Assembly (NCBI GenBank): GCA_030324005.1
Contig: JARDVH010000084.1
Span: 93,050,417-93,114,416, forward strand
Reading direction: 5' to 3'
Length of the DNA stretch: 64,000 nucleotides
Origin: Negaprion brevirostris
Lineage: Eukaryota
In this document: positions 26,290 through 39,734 of the stretch, in pieces
Layout of the letters: the number at the start of each line of letters is the position of its first letter
Numbering within the stretch: position 1 is the first letter of the stretch
Notes under the pieces: generated by a model
Databases searched by the model: none
The model's input: the letters and a program-made list of their open reading frames with translations, nothing else
What the model was told of the DNA's origin: nothing
Translations under genes and position numbers: made by a program

Positions 26290-29200
26290 TACCGTTTAAG
26301 TAAGGGCATATAAAGGGAGGGAGAATATATGGAGAAGTAGAAAATCACATTTCAAGGAGACGCTAGAAGTGCAGGTTAATTATGAGGACTTTCAACTCGC
26401 TTAAGGAGCCGAAGGTTCAGGACAGATTAATGAAGTCACCAGCCTATGTAATAGAACAGAAAGTATAGAACGTGGCAGTAATCTAACCTGAGGCAGAGCA
26501 ATAAGGCTGACAAGTAGGAGAAAGGAAGTGATCAATGCATGACTGAAGGTGTTGTACCCAAATGCGGGCAGTATATGGAAAAATGTAAATGAGCTTGTTG
26601 CGCACATTGAAATTGGCCAATGTGATGTAGTGGGCATCGTAGAAACATGGCTGCAAAGTGATCAAGGCTGGGATCAAATCATCCATGGATACATGCCCCA
26701 TCGAAAGGACAGGCAGATAGGCAAAAAGGAGGGGGATACATTGTTAGTAAGGAATGAAGTTAAATCGATAACAAGAACCAAAAACAAAATAATCAGAAAA
26801 CATTGAATATCTGTATGTAGAGTTGAGGAATAGCAAAGGTAAAAAAAAGACCCTGAAGGGAATTATGTACAGTCTCCTGACGGTAGTCGGGAAGTAGGAC
26901 AGAATGTAAATCAAAAGTTAGAAAAGACATATATAAAAAAATATATATTACAATGATTATGGCAGACTTCAATATGCAGGTGTACTGGACAAAACAGACA
27001 GGTAGTGGATCCCAACAAATGAATTTGTGGAATGTCTAAGAGATTTTATTTTTGGAGCAGCTTGTGACAGGCTCGACTAGTGAATAGGCAGTTTTGGATT
27101 TGACGATGAGTAATGAGGCAAACTTGATTAGGGAACTTGAGGTGAAGGAACTCATTGGGAGAGTGACCACAGTATGATAGAAATTACCGTGCAGTTTGAG
27201 AGGAAGAAGTTGGAGGCAGATGGAATGACATTAGAATTAAATAAAGGTAACTGCAAAGAAATGAGGGAGGAGTTGGCACGAGTTGATTGGAAAGGGACCG
27301 TAGCAGGGAAAACGGTGGAACAGCAATAGCAGGAAAATGGGGGGATTATTCGGGACGCAGAACAGAAATTCACCCCAAGGAGAAGGAAACATGCTCAGGG
27401 GAAAACGAAACATCCATGACTGATGAGGGAAGTCAAGCACAGCAGAAAAGCAAAATAAAAAAAAAAGTAGTGGCGAGGATTATTGGAAAACCAAAGGATT
27501 GGAATGTCTTTAAAAGCAAGTAGATGACAACTGAAAAAATAGGAGAGAGAAGATGAAATATGAGTATAAGCTATCCAGTAATATAAAACGAGATAGGAAG
27601 AGTATTTTTCAACATATAAAACGGTAAGAGAGGGGCAAAAATACACATTGGACCACAGGAAAATGAAGCTGGAGAAGTAAAAAATAAGAAATAAGGAAAT
27701 AGTAGAGGAACTGAGTAGTTGTGTTGTTGCATCAATTTTCATAGTGGAAGAAGATGTTGTTACGATGCCAGATCTCTAGGAGGATCGAGGAACACAGGTA
27801 AGTATAGTGGTCATCATGAAAGAGAATTCCTGGGGAAACTGAAAAGTATGAAGGTGGATAAATCACCTGGACAGGATGGACTACACCCCAGCGATCTAAA
27901 ATAAATACCTGAGGAAATTGTCCAGGCATTGATGTGATTTTTCAGGAATCACTGGGGGCAGGGAGGGTCCCAGAGGGCTAGAAAGTAGCTAAGGTCACAC
28001 CACTGTGTAATAAGGGAGGGAAACAGCCAACTGGAAATTAAAGGCTGGTTCCTTGGCAAGACTTTGGAATCCATTATTTAAAATGAGATTGAAGAGTACT
28101 TGGAAGTGCATAACAAAATAGTCGGGACTTAATACGGCTTAGCCGAGGGAAATTCATGTCTCGCAAATCTGTTAAAGTTCTTTGAGGAGGTGACAAGAAA
28201 GTTAGATAAAGGAGAATCAATGGACTTGATTTATTGAGTTTCCAGATGGTCTTTGATAAGGCACCATAGAAGATACTGTAACATAAATTCACAGTCCATA
28301 GTGTTAAGTGTAAGTAAGGCGGGGTGAGAGGATTAACTGACTGGCAGAGTGCAGAGAGCGAGGATAAAGGTGTCTGTTTCAAGATGGCAACTGGTGACTA
28401 TTTATGTGCCTCTGGGATCTGTGCTTTGACCCCAACTTTTCACAATATACCATAACGATTTGGAATAAGGAACTGAATGCACTATTGCTAAGTTTGCGGA
28501 AGACACAAAGATATGCAGATGGACGGTTAGTATTAAGAAAGGCGGGTGCGGCTGCAGAAGGACTTGCATAGGATAGGAAAGTGGGCAAAGAATTGGCGGA
28601 TGGAATGCAATGCAGAAAAGTGCAAGATGCACTTTGCAAGGAGGAATGGAGGCATAGACTTCTTTTTTTCAAAATGGAGAAATGCTTAGGAAATCAGGAG
28701 CACAAAAGGACTTGGGAGGCATTGATCAATATTTCCGAAGATTAAAGTTCAGTCAGCATTTCAGTTCTGTTGGCATTTAGAAAGGCAAATGCAATGGTAG
28801 CAGTCATGTCGATAGAACTAAAATACAAGAGTGGATATGTACTTCTGAGGCTGTATAAGGCTGACGTCAGACCCCATTTGGAGTATTGTGAACAGTTTTG
28901 GGCCCCATATCTGAGAAAGAATGTCCTGGCCTAGGAAAGGGCCCAAAGACGACTCACAAGAAAGATCCTGGAATGAAGAGCTTGTCGTGTGAGGAACGGT
29001 TGAGGACTCTGGATTTGTACTCGTTGGAGTTGAGAAGGATGGGGGGTTGATGGTGGTGGCTGGGGAGGGGGTGGGGGGTGGTGGAATCACTTTGAAAGTT
29101 GCGGGATGCTGCGAGGCCTGGATGTAGAGGACGAGGAGAGGATGCTTCCACTCTTGGGGTAAATTAGAACCACAGGGCACAACTTCATGCTAAACAGAAA

Positions 29201-29465
29201 TGAGGAGGAATTTATTCAACCAGGATGTGATGAGTCTGTGGAACGTTTCGCCACAGAAGGCTTTGGAGGTCAGGTCTTTGACTGTCTTTAAAAAAAACAG
29301 AGATTGATCTGCTCTTGATTAATAAGGGATTCGGTGTTTACAGGTAAAGGTAGGACTATGGGGATGAGGAAATTATCAGCCATGATTGAATGGCGGGAAA
29401 AATTCAATGGACCGAGTGGCCTAGTGGCTTATAGTTATGGCTTATGGCTCCTATGGCTTATAGTT
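26290..29465 (+). mobile_element. CR1 LINE with near-complete decayed ORF2 (APE endonuclease + RT)
   Basis: LYPNAGSI...DVVGIVETWL (26549), KSPGQDGLHP, gctaagtttgcggaagacacaaag, cttatgg tail repeats; many stops and frameshifts. Confidence 0.92.
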
Positions 29466-30095
29466 TTACGGGCTTATATCCCAGAATGTGGAAGCAGCAA
29501 ATACTTCGTCAGAAGTGCAATGACCCCTCGATTGCTCCAAGTAAAAATGGTTCGGACAATTATCAGTATGACAAACAGTAAAATGTGCCTGATTGGGTAT
29601 TTGTAATCTGTTGGCTGGCAGATTACAAACACCCTGGAAGCAATATGGCACACTAGAGATCTTTCTGCCAGGAAACCAAATTCCAATCACGGAAGCCAGT
29701 TTGCCACCTAGTTTTTACAGCTCGCACAATTCATCAGTGAACACATGGGCATTTATTGTATACTACTTGACTACAGGAAGACAATCCGCTTGGCATGCAC
29801 ATAGTTTTTTAAAAAAATTAGTTAAAACTGGATGTCTCCATCGGCTGCAGGTTTGCTACAACACATTCTGACGCCTTCCAATTCTCCACTTGCAACGAGA
29901 AATCTGAGTGACAAACATTGTGAAGCAATGCGTGAAATATCCACTACGCACTTGAATATGTTGCACTTTAGTTTGGACTTTGCCAAACAAAAAATGAGTA
30001 AACTAAAGCTATGCCCGTCTTTTTCAACACAAATGGCACGTTGTTAAACAAGACACGCATGCGTTCTTGTCCAAGGTATCAGAAATGATGGCCTG

Positions 30096-30231
30096 GGAAC
30101 TGATGATAACCAGTGATTATTCAGCCTTGTCATATTCAATAAATAACTTTTCCTGGACAAGGAACTGATGGTAACCAGTAATTATTCAGCCTTGTCATAC
30201 TCAATGCATAGCCTTTCCTGGACAAGGAACT
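30096..30231. repeat. 65-bp tandem duplication
   Basis: ggaactgatg.taaccagt.attattcagccttgtcata...ttcctggacaa starts at 30096 and 30161. Confidence 0.9.
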
Positions 30232-31510
30232 CCTTGTTCCTCAATAGCACCTGATGCTTCCGGGCTAGTTCTCTACTTGCTTCAAAATAGCGAAGAATGA
30301 CAGATTCCAACAAGATCATACCTATTAAAAGCATCAGTAACGTCACTCGAAAGAATGCATATGACTTTAGCTATCCAAAGAGCCTCCAAAAAGCCTACAT
30401 AGGCATGGTGAATCAAATTTTCCGAGCGAGGTCAGTATGTGTATGCTTTTATAAGAGCCGTGAAGGAATTAAGATGTAAAATTGAAGCACACGTTGTAGT
30501 GTACAAACATTTACTGGTAACGACCAACCTCCCTTGCAATAGACAAATAAGCTAAATATACAAGATTTTGAGGCAAAATTTAAGGACAAGAGAAACATGC
30601 AAACAGGAATATGTGTAAAAAATCTGAGACAAAATAAACTGTTCTTGAAAATAAAATGGACAGACAAGCAAACAATTAAATCGACGTAAGTCGGATAAGG
30701 GCGATAACTTCCATTCCCTAACCCTCAGGCCTTAGTGTTGGAAAGAGGAAGCGCTGAGAGATTAAACTGATACATTAAGAAGAGCACGATAATGTTTTGT
30801 TGTTAAACCAGAGAGGCTGTTGTCTTGTTCTTCTTTGTAAGTGTTAATCGTGTAATGGCACATCACTGGTGCCAATTGAAATAACTTGTCAGATGCATGT
30901 GAGCCTTCAAAACATTCCCTTCAATTATAAATGAGTCTCCAATCGTAAGAGTGCTTCTCATACAAGGCCAGAATCCGGAGTGTGAGTAAGTCTGGCAATA
31001 CTCATAACATACACAGATGAGATTGCCTGACTGGGTAGGTAATCATTACCTCAATCATGCAGCTAATACTCCAAGGGACCATACTCATTGTTGTCAGTAC
31101 ACCTACGCTGGTCTAATCTGATTTCGGTTAAGGAAGGCGTCGATGCGAAATTCTTTCTCTTCAAAGTGTTTCAATGGCCACTCGTCACCCATCTGTTTCC
31201 TTCCCCACAACCTGCTGAGCATCAATAACCCTTGTTATTTTAAAGTACAAAATTGCATGGAGATATACAATCGGAATAAAAGTGGCCAATGTCAGAACCT
31301 CTCTACGGTCCAAGTAATTTTGACATGTCTTCGCATCTCCTGCCTCCCCATGAGGGTCATTGCTGCATGTCACGTTCGATCAGCTGTTGGTCAAATGCGA
31401 CCCTATCTTCGCCAAGTGATAGTATGTCAATGTTGATTTACAATTCAGGAGCACTTGTAAAATCAAGGCAAAACAACAAAAAAAAGAAAGTTGCATTTAA
31501 TTTGGCTTAC

Positions 31511-31546
31511 GGGCTCTTTGCAGGTCATCTTTTAGTCTCTTTATAT
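31511..31546 (-). CDS. 36-nt phase 1-1 microexon (DIKRLKDDLQRA)
   Basis: ttcttgtttcctccgtcag|ATATAAAGAGACTAAAAGATGACCTGCAAAGAGCCC|gtaagc. Confidence 0.9.
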
Positions 31547-32409
31547 CTGACGGAGGAAACAAGAATTATATCTTCAGTTGCACACGAGTATTTATGTGGC
31601 AAGGTACCTGAGGAAAAGGTATTTGCTGCATCGTCCGAAATAAATAATACAAAAGTTATCATGTTGCATATAACTTACTGCCATACTGTAAATGAAAAAT
31701 AATTGATCAATATATGTCCGACTTTCTTCCAACACATATTATTCGGTCACGAAATATTAGCATTAATATCTATAATTATTAGACTGAATCTGCTCTAAAA
31801 CACTTAAGGCATCAGTAAACGAAATAGCATCATGTAGAATTAAATTGATTTTATAATTCATGAATAACATATTTCAAAATCAGCATGTGAACACTGGCAT
31901 AAGTTGCCAAACCTATCAGATTTCAAAGCAAAATATTACCTTCAGGTCTGATGTCTTTTGTTCAATTGCATCAGTGNNNNNNNNNNNNNNNNNNNNNNNN
32001 NNNNNNNNNNNNNNNNNNNNNNNNNNNNNNNNNNNNNNNNNNNNNTGTTTTATGTAATGTAATGTAGAATGCCCGACGCATCTTTCTTCGATATATTGAC
32101 GTTACTCAGAGCGTTCACATCCATTCCCTGACTTCAATATCAGTCTTGTCCTCCTCCTTAGTAAAGGACTCATTACCAGTCTCACTCACTTTCTGTGGCT
32201 TCCCGCATAAATTCCCTCCGTCATGGATGAGTGGGCCTATTTTTTCTCCTGCTCCTATTGTATACGATACTGCATGATTTTCATCTAATCATATCTCCAC
32301 TTTCCTGTTTTTTCCCCATAGCCCTTTACCCCGCTTTTGATCATATTCCTTTGCTGTATTGTTCATTGAACTGAAACTTTGAGGGATCAATCTCAACAAC
32401 CAAAAATAA

Positions 32410-32610
32410 AACAGATGTCCAACGAAGTGCGAGTTAAGTAGATTGGCCAATGTAATGTTTCCCCTTCGTGCCCTAAGATGATTATATTGGAGGTATTAGC
32501 GGGTAAAATATGGAGGGATATGGGGGTAGGGCTTGGGTGGAATTGTGGTCGGTGCAGACTCGATGGGCCGAAGACCACATTCTGCACTGTAGCGTTCTAT
32601 GATTCTATGA
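32410..32610 (+). mobile_element. HE1-type SINE 3' half
   Basis: gtgcgagttaagtagattggcca...ggtgcagactcgatgggccgaa...ttctatgattctatga. Confidence 0.75.
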
Positions 32611-33274
32611 TCCCATCGAAAAGTAACTCGTTTGTTTAGCATATTCTTTCTCTTGCAACTAAATGCTACATAAATGGCTTAATGGAACATATTGCAATAA
32701 AAAACTGGAGGACTCCAATGCGTATTTAAATTTTTTTTTGGCATGATCCACCACATTTGTTTTCATTCTATTTTGGACGTCATCAATACGTTTTTGTTAT
32801 TCCATGAAACCTTCAATACTTTATTTTTTGTCTCCTTCCATTTCCTTTTTGCATCAGCAAAGAAGGAGGATGTACAGCTTGCGATTGCCATAGTGAAATG
32901 CCATGTATTTCTTTTTACACTTGCAAAATTGTGCCATCACATGCAGAAACTTCACAGTAGAAATTCAAAATGGTGTTGCATGGACGCTTGGCGCGAGATT
33001 TGAACTAGGATGCATAATGATGAGAATTTTGTGATTGGATGCGAAGTTGGAAGGCTAAACAAATAAATGTTCTTTTGCAAACGTTTTGGGTTTTTTTTTC
33101 ATCACTACACAATTTACATATCAGTAAAGTATTTTTTAACACAAAAAGCAACGTGCAAACTATTGTGAAAGTCAGCAAGACAACTTTGTTCATTAGCATT
33201 TTTATTTAAATAAGGGCGAATGGGAGGCAGCCAGTTCTCAGCTCTAGGCAGAGTTCAAAGAACCATTTGGAGAA

Positions 33275-34215
33275 ACATAAGAACATAAGAAGTAGAAGCA
33301 GAAATACTCTATTTGGCCCCTAGAGTCGGCTCCACAATTCAGTAAGATCAAGGTTGACCTTTTTGTGTACTCACCTCCACTTACTCGCCCGCTCACCACA
33401 ACCCTTAATTCCTTTACTGTTCAAAAGTGTATTTATCCTTGTTCTGAAAACATTCAATGAGGTAGCCTCAACAGTTTCACTGGCCAGAGAATTCCAAAGA
33501 TTCACAAAACCTTGTGTGAAGAAGTTCCTTTTCAAGTCAGCCCTAAACCTGCTTCCCCGTATTTTGAGACTATGTCCCCTAGTTTTGCTTCCACATGTCA
33601 GTGGAAACAACTTCCCTGCTTCTATCTCATCTATTTCCTTCGTAATCTTACCTGTTTCTATGAGATCGTCACTCATTCTTTAAAGTCCAATGAGTATAGC
33701 CCACATCTAACCAGTCTCTCCTCATATTCCAAATATCTCAACTCCGTAATCAACCTAGTGAATCTCTTCTGCACCCCCTCCAATGCCAACACATCCTGTT
33801 TTCCCAAGTAAGGAGGCCAAAACAGTACATAGTACTCCAGGTCTGGCCTCACCAACACTTCATACAGATGCAACATAACCTCGCTCTTTTTTAAACTCCA
33901 TCCTCTAGCTATGAAGGGCAAAAATCAATTTGCCTTCTTAATTACCTGCTGCACCTGCAAACCAACTCTGAGATTCTTGCCTAAGGACACCCAGGTCCCT
34001 CGGCACAGCAGCTTGTTGCAATGCTTTACCATTTAAATAATAGTCCATTTTGCTGTTATTGCTACCGAAATGGATGACCTCATATTTCCAGACATTGTAC
34101 TCCATCTGTCATATCCCTTTGCAGACTTTCAGCAGCTTCTGCACAGTTTGCTCTTCTACCCTTTTTTTTTGTCATCTGCGAATTTTGACACTTGCTCTCC
34201 AACTCCAAGTCACCT
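33275..34215 (-). mobile_element. CR1 LINE 3' fragment specific to unit 1
   Basis: ORFs 33371..33676 (TRGHSLKIRG..FFTQ..VNLWNSL) and 33673..33921 (LVRP.LEY...ALEGVQKRFTRLI); interrupts sequence that is continuous in units 2 and 3. Confidence 0.92.
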
Positions 34216-34591
34216 GTGTGCAGGAGACACACAAAGAAAATAAAACGATATAAATCACGGTTAGGCTTAAGCATAATGAGAGGAATCGTAATCCCGTGAT
34301 CCTGAAAGGGAAGTATAATATGGAATCAGTTAAACAAGAAATTATCAACTAACTGGAGGATATGTGTGAGTGATCAGCACTGTAGTTACTTCAGTTGACG
34401 TTGGTGGAGGCAGGAATGATACTTTTCCAAGTGTGGTATTCGGTAAAGAACACAAGATGACATCGGCAAAGTATATTTTCAATTAGAAGTGATGCATATA
34501 AATAATGAATATACGCCAAGGTGCCATTAGAAGCAAAATTGCATGAGTTTCAAAATTAAGATTCTTCCATCTGAATTGACCTGACTCACAA

Positions 34592-36418
34592 AAAAGGGTT
34601 CATGAAATGTTCTTGGCAGGCAAGATTAAGGAGAATCCTAAGACATTTTATACATACTTTCGGAACAAAAGAGTTGTCAAGGAAAAAAAAAATCGGACTT
34701 CTGAGGGTCAAATGAGGGAAATTATGATTAGAGCCCAAGGAGGTCAGGAGATCCTAAATGAATACTTTGCATCAGTGGTCACAAAGGAGAGGGGCGTGTT
34801 GACAGGGAGTGTCTTAGAGGGAAGTGTTGACCCGTTAGAGAAATTCTCCATTACAAGGGAATATTAAAACTGACAAATCTTTAGGGCCTGATGGCATCCA
34901 CCCCAGACTGTTCAAGGAGACACGAGATGAAATTGCTGGGCCTCTGACAGAGATCTTTGCCGCTTCATTGGACACAAAAGAGATCCCTGAGGATTGGAGG
35001 ATAGGGAATGTGATACCGTTATTTAAGAAGGGTAGTAAGGATAACGCGGGCAATTATAGGCCGGTGAGCTTGACGTCGTGGTAGGGAAGTTGTTGGAGAG
35101 GATTCTTAGAAATAGGATGAATGCAAATTTAGAACGGAATAATCTCATTAGTGATAGACAGTATGGTTTTGCAAGAGGGAGAACATGCAACACAAATCTG
35201 GTGGAGTTTTTTTGAGGAGGTGACAAAACCGGTTGACGAGTGTAGAGCCGTGGTTGTCACCTATATGGATTTTAGTAAACCGTTTGACAAAGTCCCTCAC
35301 GGCAGATTGCTGCAAAAAGATAAACCTCATGGAATAAAAGGAGGTGGCTCGATGGTAGACAACTGGCGTGGCCACAGAAGACAGAGGGTAGTAGTGGAAG
35401 GGTGGATGTCTGTGACCAGTGGTTTGCCGCAGAGCTCTGTACTGGGACTTCTGCTATGTGTGACATATACATAACTGATTTGGAAGAAGGTGTAACCGGC
35501 GTGATCAGTAAGTTTGCAGATGACACAAATATGGCTGGACCTGCGGATAGTGATGACCATCGTCGGAGAATACAGCAGGATATAGACAGGCTGGAAAATT
35601 GGGCAGACAAATGGCAGATGAAGTTTAATCCAGATAAATGCGAAGTGATGCATTTTGGTAGGGCTGATGTGGGGAGGAGCTACACAATAAATGACAGAAC
35701 CAACAAAAGTATAGGCGCACAGAGGGACCTGGGTGTGCAAGTCCACAGATCCTTGAAGGTGGCAGCGCTGGTGGAGAAGGTGCTGAAGAAGGCTTATGGC
35801 ATGCTTGCCATTATAGGACGGAGTATAGAGTATAAAAAATGACGTCTGATGTTACAGCTATATAGAACGTTGGTTAGGCCACAAATTTGGAGTACTACGT
35901 CAAGTTCTGGTCACCACACTACCAGAAAGACGTGGAGGCTTTGGAGAGAATGCAGAAAAGGTTCACCAGGATGTTGCCTGGGACAGTAGGCCCTAGCAAT
36001 GAGGAACGATTGGGTAAACTGGGGTTGTTCTCCCTGGAAAGATGGAGAATGAGGGGAGACCTAATAGAGGTGTATACAATTATGAGGAGTATGGATAGGT
36101 TGAACAGTAGAAAAACTTTTTCCCTGGTTGGAGGTGACAAAAACGAGGGGTCACAGGTTCAAGGTGAGGGGGGCGAAGTTTAACTCAGATATCTGAGGGA
36201 TGTATTTTACACAGAGGGTGGTGGGAGCCTGGAATTCGCTGCCAAGTAGGGTGGTGGAGGCGGACACGCTAGGATCGGTTAAGACTTATCTCGATAGTCA
36301 CATGAGCAAACCGGGAATGGAGGGATACCGAAGAATGCTCTAGTTGGACCAATGAGCGGCGCAGGCTTGGAGCTCCGAAGGGCTTGTTTCCGGTGCTACA
36401 TTGTTCTTTGTTCTTGGT
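34592..36418 (+). mobile_element. 5'-truncated CR1 LINE specific to unit 1
   Basis: IKENPKTFYTY, YMDFSKPFDKVPH, ISKFADDT, KFNPDKCEVMHFG, gttctttgttctt tail. Confidence 0.95.
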
Positions 36419-38388
36419 TCAAAATTCGCTGCATGTCCTTCATTTTCATCTAAGGAACTAATTTCAGGGAGTAAAATTTGCAATACCCGTGCCCCACTTG
36501 TCGTTATCCATTTCGGTATGTTGTTCTCCACAAGAGCTTCTACATCAGCTGTAAATAAAGTAAGTTAATTCGNNNNNNNNNNGTTTTGGTAGCAAAATCA
36601 ATTGCGAACTCACCACCCAGCTGATCTTTCAGTTTTTGTATCTCTGAAACAAGATGAAATACTGCTGAGACCTTGAGGGAGAAAAATCGCCGTCCACCGC
36701 ATCAGAAAAAGTACAAAGCGGAGGAAAAAGTAATTGGAATTTTGTGTATGTATCGATGATTTCATAATACAATATCATATAGATACGGCTGTAATTGCAA
36801 CGTGTTAATCAAGGCCAATTCATTCAGCAGCGTAGCCTAGGGCGCAAGGATGCATTTTCAAATGGCTCAGCAAACCATTAACCTCTGCATTCTGGGACAA
36901 CATGTGTCCTACATAGGTCGGCAACTTCAGAATCCAGAGGAGAACGCCTTGTGCAAGTACGCGCAGGTTTCCATAGGTCGGCAAGTTCCCTGCACCCACA
37001 CCCTTTCCGCCCTGATGTCCGTGTACCGGGGAAAAGCAAGGAAGATAAGTATCAAAAGGACAATTGACAAGTGCTGCCGTCGTTATGAAAATTAATGGAA
37101 AGTTCATTCTCCTTGAGAAGCAAAGCATTAAGGCATTCGATTCGCATGCTGTCTGTCAGTGAAAGGCAATATTTTTTTGGGAACAAACGCAGAATTCTTC
37201 TCATTAATTGCCATATAACACTAACTGTTCAAAAGCACACCGCCGTCTCAAGCCCTCGACCCTCACCCCTCAACGTCGCTACTATGTCTCTCGCCGCTGT
37301 GGTGAATGAGGCCAGGCCGAGAATGGAGGGAAGCGCTGGAAAATAGCTAAAAATATAAGGTCCAATCACAAAATGCTGTTCACAGTGATACTCATTTGTC
37401 ACTAATTGTCTCAACTTCCTATTCGGGGCAGCCGGTCCAAGGCAGTTACGGACGCGCTTCAGACACCGGGCAATAAACCAGGAAACCGAAACATGCTCTG
37501 GTTGCTATCTAAGGCTGAAGTTTTTGTATTCCTTGCTGACAGTGACGGGGTGAGCAGTAACCTCCGAGAATCATAGCGCAATCTGTAGGGCCAGTCACCA
37601 TCGGTAATAGGAATGATGGTTACTATGCATGTTGTTGCTTTTGTATGAGAGTACGTCTAAATGAAGTTGCCTTCGACCACAGATGTATCTTTAAAAAAAA
37701 AATAGAAGGTTGAGCACTTTTACAGCTGTGAGTCTAGAGCTGCTCTTTGGGCTTGAGCGAATTAATGACGCGGGAGAGCTGGCTCGCGGCCTCAGAAATT
37801 AGCGTGGATGCGTTTAATCGAAAAGCAGACTTGTGACAGCATCGTTCAGGCTCTTGAGACATTCCAAAGGCACCGAAAAATGCCGTACGCACACTGTCTC
37901 CAAATAGCTGTCAGCTCTAGACTTCTAATTGGGTCAGGAGCGAGGCCGAGAAGTTCAATCGACTTGGACAGCATTCCTTCTTTGGGCCCGATCTGAAAAG
38001 TAGTAATAGTGGCTACATCGAGGATGCCGTTACGATTCATCCACAAAGGTAACCCGGAGGCGGGACAGCTTTACTGAGCAATCCAGCTGGGTTTCATATA
38101 TACTGTCGTCACTGCGTAACTTCCAAACGCCATAAAGTAATGCTTCTTCTAAAGGTGCGCGAGTATATTGACCATCATCGTAGTCCACTCAAGTGTTGCA
38201 ATTATATGTTTATTTTGCATGGTGAGTAACAAATGCGCGACACAGCCTACAGCCTATTCTGAGTTTTTTTTAAGTGTTAATTTAAGGTTCGCAAGTTAAA
38301 ATGCACGAAAAAGTCTTTATTCCAACAAAGTTACTGAATGTTATTCACAGAGCTAATACTCAGTTTGTGTCTTGTCTCCTGTAAGTAC

Positions 38389-38415
38389 CTCTCTCTTTAC
38401 ACTTCACGTCTTCTT
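38389..38415 (-). CDS. 27-nt phase 1-1 microexon (EEDVKCKER)
   Basis: cacaacag|AAGAAGACGTGAAGTGTAAAGAGAGAG|gtactt. Confidence 0.85.
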
Positions 38416-39451
38416 CTGTTGTGATAAAATGAAGAAATAGTAAGGCTCACGTCAGCTGTGTTTCACAGTAATTCAAAAATATGTTTATTTAAGATGCACT
38501 GAAGCAGTCGATGTTTCATTGAAATTGCCTTTTTTCCCCCTAAAATTATACTGACAACATTACTCTATTTTACTTGACTCTGCACTGTGATGTTGAGAAG
38601 GTCATGATCATACATCATATTTTCAAGTTTGTTATGGACTGCTTTTCAGAGTACAACTTTGGCAGAATAAAATCACCAATAACTTGTTGAGAGAGCCGAG
38701 TACATCTCACGCAAGGGTTGAACTCATTGGACACCCTTTTGCGTTCATCATTTATATTTAAGTTCCCTTCTGCTGCCACTAGTGTTGTTGTAACAGTGTT
38801 AGACACTAATTAGGCTGTCTACTCATTGTAGCAAATTGGGTACGATGGGCCCTTAGACCTGGTTTGCTGCTGAACAGTTTTGCCTTCCACTCTGTAGCAG
38901 ATGTCTTTGAATTCACATTATAGGTAGCATGGAGACCAGTTTCAGAGAGTAATTAGCTTCAGGGTTTCAAGATTAGGGCATCTAGAGAAAAAGATGGATG
39001 GCCACGGTTAGAAAAATTGTCAATGAGATGGAATGGAAGCAGCAAGTCTGGTACACTCACGTTGGTGGGAACTTAATAAATGGACAGTCGCTAAATAATG
39101 AATTGTACCTCTCTCTTTAAATTGGGTGTTTTTATTTCACCGACTGTAGGTCGATTACTGTGTAACGTTTGTATTCTGTAAACTCAACAGCTCAGCAAAT
39201 TAAATTTTTTATGTAAGGACAATCAGTCAAAGTAAATGTGTTACATTAAACTCTGCTGAAATGTAAGGACAGATGCCATGCACAGGAACATAGGAGATTG
39301 GAGCAGAAGGAGGACATTTCGCCCTTCACACCTCTTCAGCCATTCATCACGATCCTGCCCGATCATCCAAATCAATAGCCTGATTATATCTTCTCCAGAT
39401 AATCTTTCATCTCATTCCCGAAAAGTCTATATCTAAAAGTTTATATCTAGC

Positions 39452-39734
39452 CACGGCATGGTAGCACAGTGGTTAGCACTGCTGCTGCACAGCTCCAGGG
39501 ACCTGGGTACGAATCCTGGCTTGGCTCATTGTCTGTGGGGAATTTGCACATTCTCGTCGTGCCTGCGTGGGTTTCCTCCGGGTGCTCCAGTTTCCTCTCA
39601 CAGTCCAAAGATGTGCGGGTTAGGTTGATTGGCCATGCGAAAAATTATCGCTTGGTGTTGTGAAATGCGTATGTTAGAGTGATTAGCCGTAATATACGTA
39701 AGGACATGGCGGGGGAGGGGGGGTGCGGTGGAAT
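39452..39734 (+). mobile_element. HE1-type tRNA-derived V-SINE
   Basis: Box A tagcacagtgg, box B-like ggtacgaatcc, V-domain ttgcacattctc...gggtttcctccgggtgctcc. Confidence 0.9.

Larger units (their letters stand above)
31330..39435. repeat. Tandem segmental duplication unit 1 (one 36-nt and one 27-nt exon plus introns)
   Basis: Collinear diverged blocks shared with units 2 and 3, e.g. 32700-33270 ~ 40850-41400 ~ 49630-50050; 34230-34590 ~ 41410-41775 ~ 50060-50475; 36850-39270 ~ 44016-46210 ~ 56640-59180. Confidence 0.85.

Noticed and set aside
38351-38386. Plus-strand exon-like cacag|30 nt|gtaagt
   Set aside because: Length changes in unit 2 and both sites are lost in unit 3, while the adjacent minus-strand 27-nt exon is conserved in all three
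39109-39143. Minus-strand 35-nt exon-like segment ending AAAGAGAGAG|gtac
   Set aside because: Not a multiple of three and not conserved in units 2 and 3
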